Assembly: GCA_048939625.1 (NCBI GenBank)
Contig: JBHLPH010000036.1
Location: 1-12,982 of the forward strand
Length of the DNA stretch: 12,982 nucleotides
Direction of reading: 5' to 3'
Origin: Promethearchaeota archaeon
GTDB taxonomy: Archaea > Asgardarchaeota > Hermodarchaeia > Hermodarchaeales > Hermodarchaeaceae
Numbering within the stretch: the first letter of the stretch is position 1; every line of letters starts with the position of its first letter. Of this stretch, positions 6,929 to 12,982 are shown piece by piece. A model generated the notes under the pieces. It searched no databases, was not told the origin of the DNA, and saw only the letters and a list, made by a program, of their open reading frames with translations. The position numbers and the translations under genes are program-made.

Positions 6929-7822
6929 GTGTACATGAAGTATCAGGACCGATTTGAGCAGTTGGAGGAACTCGGGAATCCAACGATGGGTCGGTTCATG
7001 CTTACCCAAGTCCTCACGCGAATGGCAACCACATGCAAAGAATGCCAACGAGATCGTATGCGGTGTACAATCCGACCATTATGCCCAGATCGTGTCTTTC
7101 TTAATATCCTGATCACGTTAGGAGCGAGGACTTCTGATTTGCCTTCGTTTTGCTATCAAGTGAGCATACGAGCCTTAGAATCTTATTTGAAATCTGGGGC
7201 AAAAAGGGACCACCCCCACGAACCACGGTATCCACTTGCGTATTTTCGCCGCTTTGTCCAATTTCAAAAGGAAGATCCTGAAGCCAATTTCAAAGTGTTT
7301 ACTGAATATTTAGAAAAAAAGACAAAACAAAAGGTTTACAGTTATGCAATTGAGAATCGATGGTATTTCGGAGTAGGAAATGGGATTTTTATTGTTGACT
7401 TGAAACGTGGTTTAGTGAGTCTGGACCCGGATGGCGATATTGTTCATCATGATGCTCTTGAACCGCTCCTGACATTTCTTATGGAAATGCATGGATTATC
7501 TGCAAATATCCTCAAGGATATGCAAGACACCTGGTATCTTCGGATTGAGTTTTCAAAATTCAGTGAAGAAGCTTTCACCGAACATGTTCAGCCACAACTG
7601 AAAGCTTTGCGTGAATTCTGGTCCTTTGTGCGTGTAAATGACATTGATGCGAAAACCCAATTTCTGATAGGGCTTGATCCACCTTCGGGTAAGGTAATGC
7701 GCTTGGGCGGATTACGAAAAACTGCTGTTATTCTTGGAGATATCGCTAAAGTTGCCCCTAAGACCACAAGTCGTAAACGCCCTTCCACAGAAGTGGAAAC
7801 TACAGCCAAACCAACTGGATAA
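6929..7822 (+). CDS. Hypothetical protein with N-terminal Cys cluster (possible metal-binding), divergent from the por operon
   Basis: 297-aa ORF, GGGTGA upstream; CKECQRDRMRCTIRPLC..PSFCY. No family recognised. Confidence 0.8.
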   Translation: MYMKYQDRFEQLEELGNPTMGRFMLTQVLTRMATTCKECQRDRMRCTIRPLCPDRVFLNILITLGARTSDLPSFCYQVSIRALESYLKSGAKRDHPHEPRYPLAYFRRFVQFQKEDPEANFKVFTEYLEKKTKQKVYSYAIENRWYFGVGNGIFIVDLKRGLVSLDPDGDIVHHDALEPLLTFLMEMHGLSANILKDMQDTWYLRIEFSKFSEEAFTEHVQPQLKALREFWSFVRVNDIDAKTQFLIGLDPPSGKVMRLGGLRKTAVILGDIAKVAPKTTSRKRPSTEVETTAKPTG

Positions 7823-7824
7823 CT

Positions 7825-8490
7825 TTAATAATCGGTTTCCATTTTCTCTGAGCCCTCATCGTCCACTTCATACCGACGAGCTATTCGTTTGCCAAATTTG
7901 TCAATACCTCGTTTCGCAGATTTTTGGATGGATTTTGCTAAATCGTAGACAAACATCAATACAAAAAAGAGAACGAGTGCAACGGCAAGAATATGGAAAT
8001 AGGGTTGGAGAACCTGGATTGGAAATAATCCTGGTAGAAGAATCGGTGAGACAATGACATAGACTGCTAAGATCATGAAGATGTAAATTAAGTTAAGGGG
8101 AATCCGTCGGGGATGGTAGCGGTCTGTTGATCGCATGCCTGGAAGCCGGCTAATAATGTAATCGGAGAAGGCATCGGCGGAACGGGCAAATTGAAGGAGG
8201 GCTTCGATTCCAAATAGCAGTATAACTAACAGCACTCCGATGCGGATTAGCGAGTACCCGGTGAGAATGATACCGGCAGGATCCAAAATTGTCGGAAGCA
8301 CAAGTATTGGAAATGCATCTAACATAGCGAAGAGTGGGATAACGAAAATATAGAATAGTCCAAGTCCAATCACAATTAAGCCGTTCACAAGGAACTTGGG
8401 AAATGAGGTTGCCAGTTGTTTAGCTACGTTACGTTTTTCTTCGGTTTTCTTTTCTTCTTCGAGTTCTTGTTGTTCTTCTTCGGTCATCAA
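7825..8490 (-). CDS. Hypothetical integral membrane protein (about 4 TM helices)
   Basis: 221-aa ORF with four long hydrophobic stretches and charged termini; GAGGT RBS before TTG 8490/ATG 8487. Confidence 0.85.
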   Translation of the reverse strand: MMTEEEQQELEEEKKTEEKRNVAKQLATSFPKFLVNGLIVIGLGLFYIFVIPLFAMLDAFPILVLPTILDPAGIILTGYSLIRIGVLLVILLFGIEALLQFARSADAFSDYIISRLPGMRSTDRYHPRRIPLNLIYIFMILAVYVIVSPILLPGLFPIQVLQPYFHILAVALVLFFVLMFVYDLAKSIQKSAKRGIDKFGKRIARRYEVDDEGSEKMETDY

Positions 8491-8588
8491 AAGCTACCTC
8501 ACTTTGCTAATGAATGATAGGTGGGGAGTAGATAATGGAACTTTCAGGCTAAAAGCCTGCTCCTTAGAAAAGAGAGGTAGAGGGACAA

Positions 8589-9269
8589 CTATTTCTTTTC
8601 CTCAACTTTACCTGTCTGAAGATCGATTTGCAGAGTTTTCGATCCTTTCTGTCTAGGTATGTTGACAACGAGTTTGTCTTCCTGTTGTTCTACTTCGACC
8701 CAGCGCACCCATTTACCCGTCTTGTCATCAAATCGATGGGTCTCCGCATCCTTGACTTTAGTGAGAAATTCCTTTAATTCGGGAACCGTTTGAAAAGTAT
8801 ATTCACCTTTATCACTGACGGCTTTGAATGGCCTTAGTGCAATGGTGTCTGCGACAGCTTCCCCTCCCCGGGCAGGATACGCCAAATCATGTAAGGTTAC
8901 CACGCGGTTACGTTCAGAAAATTCTATCACACAGGTGAGTCGCAACTTTCCAGTTTCACCAAATCCTGCTTTACCTGCAAGATTCCGACAGGTTGAGAGG
9001 ATTTCGGTCGATTCGACTTGCCCATAATGGAGCCAAAGGCTGGCAACATCACTGATATCAGCTGATTTTTCGCCCCACACAACAACTGCGCGTCCTCGTG
9101 GTTTTGAAAATCCATCCGCTAATATCGCGCTCACTGTTTTCTGGAAATCAGAATTAGTGTTGCTTTCAGAAATGCGGACATGGATTGTAGCGGAAATGAT
9201 TTGACCACCTGCACTCTTCGCACCACGAATCATTTCCCATGCCTTTTCTTGCTCGATGACCTGTTTCAT
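8589..9269 (-). CDS. Hypothetical soluble protein
   Basis: 226-aa ATG ORF filling the gap between neighbours; no recognisable motif. Confidence 0.8.
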   Translation of the reverse strand: MKQVIEQEKAWEMIRGAKSAGGQIISATIHVRISESNTNSDFQKTVSAILADGFSKPRGRAVVVWGEKSADISDVASLWLHYGQVESTEILSTCRNLAGKAGFGETGKLRLTCVIEFSERNRVVTLHDLAYPARGGEAVADTIALRPFKAVSDKGEYTFQTVPELKEFLTKVKDAETHRFDDKTGKWVRWVEVEQQEDKLVVNIPRQKGSKTLQIDLQTGKVEEKK

Positions 9270-9381
9270 GAGGCTATCCCTGCTCTGCTTTACTTCAAGG
9301 ACAGGCAGTTAAACTTTCCGTATTGGAAACAAAAGAATTAAGGCGTAGCACTGTGGATTGAGGAAAGAACAATTTCCTTCG

Positions 9382-9389
9382 TTTATAAA
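9382..9389 (+). promoter_or_regulatory. Archaeal TATA-box candidate for the NYN gene
   Basis: TTTATAAA about 30 nt before ATG 9420 with no SD, consistent with a leaderless or short-leader mRNA. Confidence 0.45.
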
Positions 9390-9419
9390 CTATATCAACT
9401 CAATCGAGTTAGAACATCT

Positions 9420-9974
9420 ATGTCATCACGAACGGGACGCATCCGAAGCTTGGTACGATTGGTATCTCGACTGCGTCGCTCGGGAAGAGTAGCCCTGCTT
9501 ATTGATGGCCCTAATGTTTTGCGTCGCGAATTCGATGTCCGATTGGATGACTTGAAGAGCCAAATCAAAGAGTTTGGAAAAATTGGTGTCGCTAAGGTTT
9601 ATTTGAATGAACGAGCGAGTACCAAATTGCTAGAAGCAATATCGAATAGCGGATTTACACCAGTTGTTACCACCTCCGATGTTCACTTACACATGGCCAT
9701 TGAATCGATGGACTTGGTTTTAGGTGATGCAACTAAACTTCTAGTAATATTTAGCCGTCATGCCAGAACAGCACCTATTCTTCGCCGAGCCCGAGAACAT
9801 GGTTTAGAAACACTGGCAATTGGATTTGAACCCGGCTTTAGTGTCGCTGTCCAAAATGCAGCAGATAACGTGCTGCGTATTGACCGACCATTGGACAATC
9901 AAATTCAGATCATCAAAGGGAAAAAGAAGAAAGAGAAGAAAGCAGACGACGATGAAGACTGGGACATAGACTGA
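9420..9974 (+). CDS. NYN domain protein (LabA/DUF88, TIGR00288-like archaeal family), degenerate active site
   Basis: VALLIDGPNVLRREF, AKVYLN..AS.KLLEAI.N.GF.P and IGFEPGFSVAVQNAAD match the archaeal TIGR00288-type family as recalled. Confidence 0.88.
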   Translation: MSSRTGRIRSLVRLVSRLRRSGRVALLIDGPNVLRREFDVRLDDLKSQIKEFGKIGVAKVYLNERASTKLLEAISNSGFTPVVTTSDVHLHMAIESMDLVLGDATKLLVIFSRHARTAPILRRAREHGLETLAIGFEPGFSVAVQNAADNVLRIDRPLDNQIQIIKGKKKKEKKADDDEDWDID

Positions 9975-10031
9975 AGTCCACTATTTTGTCACTAATTTCA
10001 CTGCTATTGAAGGTAGTTTAGGTTCCTCAAA

Positions 10032-10742
10032 TTATTCGAGTAAACTACGAATCTCTTCGTTGGTTAATGGAGTGAAGACCTGTTTTTCCGTGTCTACAAT
10101 GGAAATTTCCATGGCTTCTTCATCGAGTTTCTCTTCGACGACTTGTCGAAGGGTATCGATACAGAGTTTAACTGCAGCAGGCATCAACTTGATGGAGGGT
10201 TTATAGTGCTTTGCCAAATATTCCCGAGCTGCTTCAGAATTATAACCGATCGCAGTAGCCCGCCAGCTCCAATAAGAACCTGAAGGATCAGTTGTGAAAA
10301 TCTGCGGACCTTGCGAATCGACACCGGCAATCAACAATGAAACACCAAAGGGTCGAATGCCGCCGACTTGTGTGTAGTTTTGTTTCAGGTCACAGACTTT
10401 CTTGGTGAGAACTTCCACATCAATGGGCTCACCATATGTGATTTGATTGATTTGGCTTTGAACACGGGCAAAATCTACTAGAACCCGAGCATCGGCATGT
10501 AGTCCAGCGATGGCACAGCCAATGTGTTTATCGACAACGTAGATTTTTTGGATTTGCTCTAAATCCATAAGAGGGGAGGTGGCTTCTTTGTGAACACCAA
10601 TTACCGCACCATTTGCGGCTTTCACACCAATTGCTGTTTTGCCACGCCGTACTGCCTCTAACGCATACTCAACTTGGTATAATCGACCTTCCGGACTAAA
10701 AATGGTGATCGCACGGTCATAGGCTAGACTTCTTTCCATCAT
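10032..10742 (-). CDS. psmA: 20S proteasome alpha subunit
   Basis: YDRAITIFSPEGRLYQVEYA N-terminal signature, GLHADARVL, YTQVGGIRPFGVSLLIAG, TDPSG. Confidence 0.97.
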   Translation of the reverse strand: MMERSLAYDRAITIFSPEGRLYQVEYALEAVRRGKTAIGVKAANGAVIGVHKEATSPLMDLEQIQKIYVVDKHIGCAIAGLHADARVLVDFARVQSQINQITYGEPIDVEVLTKKVCDLKQNYTQVGGIRPFGVSLLIAGVDSQGPQIFTTDPSGSYWSWRATAIGYNSEAAREYLAKHYKPSIKLMPAAVKLCIDTLRQVVEEKLDEEAMEISIVDTEKQVFTPLTNEEIRSLLE

Positions 10743-10783
10743 TACTATTCGACCTCTGGTAGCTGCACGTTCTTTGTGTGGAG

Positions 10784-10791
10784 TTATAAAA
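10784..10791 (-). promoter_or_regulatory. TATA-box candidate for psmA
   Basis: TTTTATAA on the minus strand about 42 nt upstream of the start; GAGGT RBS-like sequence lies in between. Confidence 0.45.
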
Positions 10792-10903
10792 GTTTGTCTC
10801 TATCATCAATGAAGGCACCATACCATTTCTTCATCCACAATGAGACATGTATACTATCATTTTAAATTCTTATAGCCGCTAACCTTGCGGGAGGAATCCC
10901 ACC

Positions 10904-11335
10904 TTGGAAAATAAACTACCATTCGTTATTGGTCTCATTGGTGGACTTCTTATGATTTCCGCTGGTGCCATTGGCGGAATTGGCTTATGGGCATATCTAC
11001 CAATGATTGTTGCGATTCTGGGTCTCCCAGCAGAAGTTGCCTATTATGTGAACCTCCTTTTGTCAGTTCTCAGTTGGATTGCATCCTTTGGAGGAATTGC
11101 AGTGATCCTAGGATCTGCACTCTTTCTGGTGAACCGGATTGGAACGGGTCGATTCATCATTGGTCTTGGAGCAGGCATGGGTATCTTTAGTCTCATCATT
11201 CTCTTCGTCGGATACTATGTAGCTGGAATATCTCCTGTTGTGTGGCCTTTAATTCTCCTTAATTCACCCGCTCTTCTCGGTGCGGTTTTAGCGGTCGTTG
11301 CCCGGTACATGGCGAGACCAGTATCAAGTGATTAA
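10904..11335 (+). CDS. Small Gly-rich membrane protein (about 4 TM)
   Basis: 143-aa almost wholly hydrophobic ORF with GxxxG motifs; GGGAGG RBS before the TTG start. Confidence 0.85.
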   Translation: MENKLPFVIGLIGGLLMISAGAIGGIGLWAYLPMIVAILGLPAEVAYYVNLLLSVLSWIASFGGIAVILGSALFLVNRIGTGRFIIGLGAGMGIFSLIILFVGYYVAGISPVVWPLILLNSPALLGAVLAVVARYMARPVSSD

Positions 11336-11405
11336 CAAAAAAGAGAATTCACTGGGACAAAGCCCAACGGGAAAAAAACTTCATCCCAAGTGTATATGAT
11401 GCACC

Positions 11406-11495
11406 CTATCTCTGCCGTCTGAGAAAGGGAGCAATTAGAAACTTAAGTAGGCTTAAGCCTAGTAGGAGGATATTCTTTCCGCTTTTACCCCGCAT
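11406..11495 (-). CDS. Candidate 29-aa cationic hydrophobic peptide MRGKSGKNILLLGLSLLKFLIAPFLRRQR
   Basis: Manual translation; GAGGAG SD 7 nt upstream of the ATG; hydrophobic core with basic flanks; lies wholly in an intergenic gap. Confidence 0.5.
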   Translation of the reverse strand: MRGKSGKNILLLGLSLLKFLIAPFLRRQR

Positions 11496-11702
11496 GAAAC
11501 ATCTCCTCACTAGCTATGAGCTGGTAAACCGCGACTTATATTTCTTTGTTGACAGCTTTTTTCCTAAAAAAGCACGTTCAGGAAGACGCAATTCCCCTTG
11601 AAACTGGAATTCAAGAGCGCCAATTACCAATTCTAACTGATGATACGTAATGCTTTTACTGGGGAGTAATAACCGTGCTCATTACTGGATGTGTAGTTCA
11701 TT

Positions 11703-12982
11703 ATGGCACGAACACGAGTAATTATCATGGGCGCTGCAGGACGCGACTTTCACAACTTCAACGTGTATTTCCGTGACAACGAAGAATATGAAGTCGTCGC
11801 ATTTACTGCAACCCAAATCCCTGGTATTGAGGAGCGAACTTATCCGCCAGTTCTTGCAGGGAAGTTGTATCCGAAAGGGATTCCGATATATCCTGAAGAT
11901 ATTTTACCCGCTCTTGTGAAAGAGCATGACATTGAGCAAGTTATTTTTGCCTACAGCGACGTTGCACACATTGATGTGATGCACCTCGCTTCCTGGGTCC
12001 ACTCGATGGGCGCAGATTTTCGATTAATGGGACCCGCAACAACAATGCTTCAAAGCAAAAAGCCAGTTGTAGCTATTTGTGCAGTTCGAACAGGTGCAGG
12101 CAAAAGTCAAACAAGCCGTCGCGTTGTTGAGATTCTACGTAATAAGGGATTGAAGGTTGTTGTGATTCGACACCCAATGCCTTATGGTGATCTGGCAGAG
12201 CAGGTATGGCAGCGATTCGAAACCATCGAGGACCTTAAGAAATATAAAACGACCATCGAGGAGATGGAAGAATACGAACCTCACATCAACAGAGGCGCTA
12301 TCGTGTACGCTGGCGTTGATTATGGGAAAATCCTGGAAGAAGCGGAAAAAGAAGCTGATGTGATCATCTTTGATGGAGGCAATAACGACTTTCCATTCTA
12401 TGTGCCAGACATCCATATCGTCGTTGCAGACCCCCATCGTGCAGGACACGAAGTCATGTATCATCCCGGAGAAACCAACCTGCGCATGGCTGATGTGGTC
12501 ATCATCAACAAAGTCGATACAGCTGAACCAGAATGCATCGAACAGGTCCGCCGAACCATTCGCGTGGTGAACCCCCGGACCATCATCATTGATGCTGCTT
12601 CACCGCTTTTCGTCGACAACCCAGAGGCTATCCGAGGAAAACGTGTCCTTGTAATCGAAGATGGCCCAACATTAACCCATGGGGGAATGGAAATTGGAGC
12701 AGGATGGGTAGCAGCAGAAAAATACGGCGCAGCCGTTATTATTGACCCGCGTCCTTACGCGGTCGGATCCATTAAAACCACCTTTGAGAAATATACCCAT
12801 CTAAGCGAGATTCTTCCAGCCATGGGTTATGGAAAAGAGCAGGTGAAAGAACTCGAAGAGACGATTAACGCCGTTGATGCTGAGGTCGTTGTAATTGGTA
12901 CACCCATCGACTTGGGTCGCGTCGTCAAAATAAACAAACCCTCAGTTCGAGTGCGCTATGAGCTTCAGGAGATCGGTAAACC
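11703..12982 (+). CDS. COG2403 P-loop protein, usually annotated cyclic 2,3-diphosphoglycerate synthetase-like/GTPase; likely arginine synthetase (ArcE) subgroup; 3' truncated
   Basis: Manual translation MARTRVIIMGAAGRDFHNFNVYFRDNEEYEVVAFTATQIP.., Walker A-like AVRTGAGKSQT, RHPMPYGDL, DGGNNDFPF, EDGPTLTHG, LPAMGYG; open to the window end. Confidence 0.9.
   Translation, partial: MARTRVIIMGAAGRDFHNFNVYFRDNEEYEVVAFTATQIPGIEERTYPPVLAGKLYPKGIPIYPEDILPALVKEHDIEQVIFAYSDVAHIDVMHLASWVHSMGADFRLMGPATTMLQSKKPVVAICAVRTGAGKSQTSRRVVEILRNKGLKVVVIRHPMPYGDLAEQVWQRFETIEDLKKYKTTIEEMEEYEPHINRGAIVYAGVDYGKILEEAEKEADVIIFDGGNNDFPFYVPDIHIVVADPHRAGHEVMYHPGETNLRMADVVIINKVDTAEPECIEQVRRTIRVVNPRTIIIDAASPLFVDNPEAIRGKRVLVIEDGPTLTHGGMEIGAGWVAAEKYGAAVIIDPRPYAVGSIKTTFEKYTHLSEILPAMGYGKEQVKELEETINAVDAEVVVIGTPIDLGRVVKINKPSVRVRYELQEIGK

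Noticed and set aside
6759-8555. 13-mer TTCAGGCTAAAAG at both 6759-6771 and 8543-8555
   Set aside because: About one to a few such matches are expected by chance in 13 kb, and the distances to the gene starts differ.
12135-12570. Track ORFs 12135-12464 (-) and 12370-12570 (+)
   Set aside because: Shadows inside the real COG2403 CDS starting at 11703.
1-12982. CRISPR array, tRNA/rRNA, transposase or integrase, selenoprotein signals
   Set aside because: No regularly spaced repeats, cloverleaf, recombinase motifs or credible in-frame TGA recoding seen by eye.

Overview
Archaeal genomic window: proteasome alpha subunit, four-subunit 2-oxoacid:ferredoxin oxidoreductase, archaeal-type NYN protein and TATA-like promoters. 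An Asgard/TACK-type lineage is plausible but not provable from this sequence. Positions 1-3300 form an accessory block. It holds a minus-strand ORF of at least 502 aa missing from the ORF track (two HhH modules, a hydrophobic central domain, tandem 8-Cys zinc-binding repeats, Pro-rich linkers), a divergent truncated paralogue of its HhH module, and a two-gene unit (putative papain-fold Cys/His hydrolase plus small partner) ending in a terminator-like hairpin. 3590-6655 is a porG-porD-porA-porB operon with an abrupt strand-composition flip inside porB at about 4130. The right half has hypothetical and membrane proteins, an NYN protein lacking most catalytic Asp residues, a solitary psmA, an unannotated 29-aa cationic hydrophobic peptide ORF whose Shine-Dalgarno (SD) sits in a stem (type I toxin-like layout), and a 3'-truncated COG2403 protein (ArcE/cDPGS-like), also missing from the ORF track.
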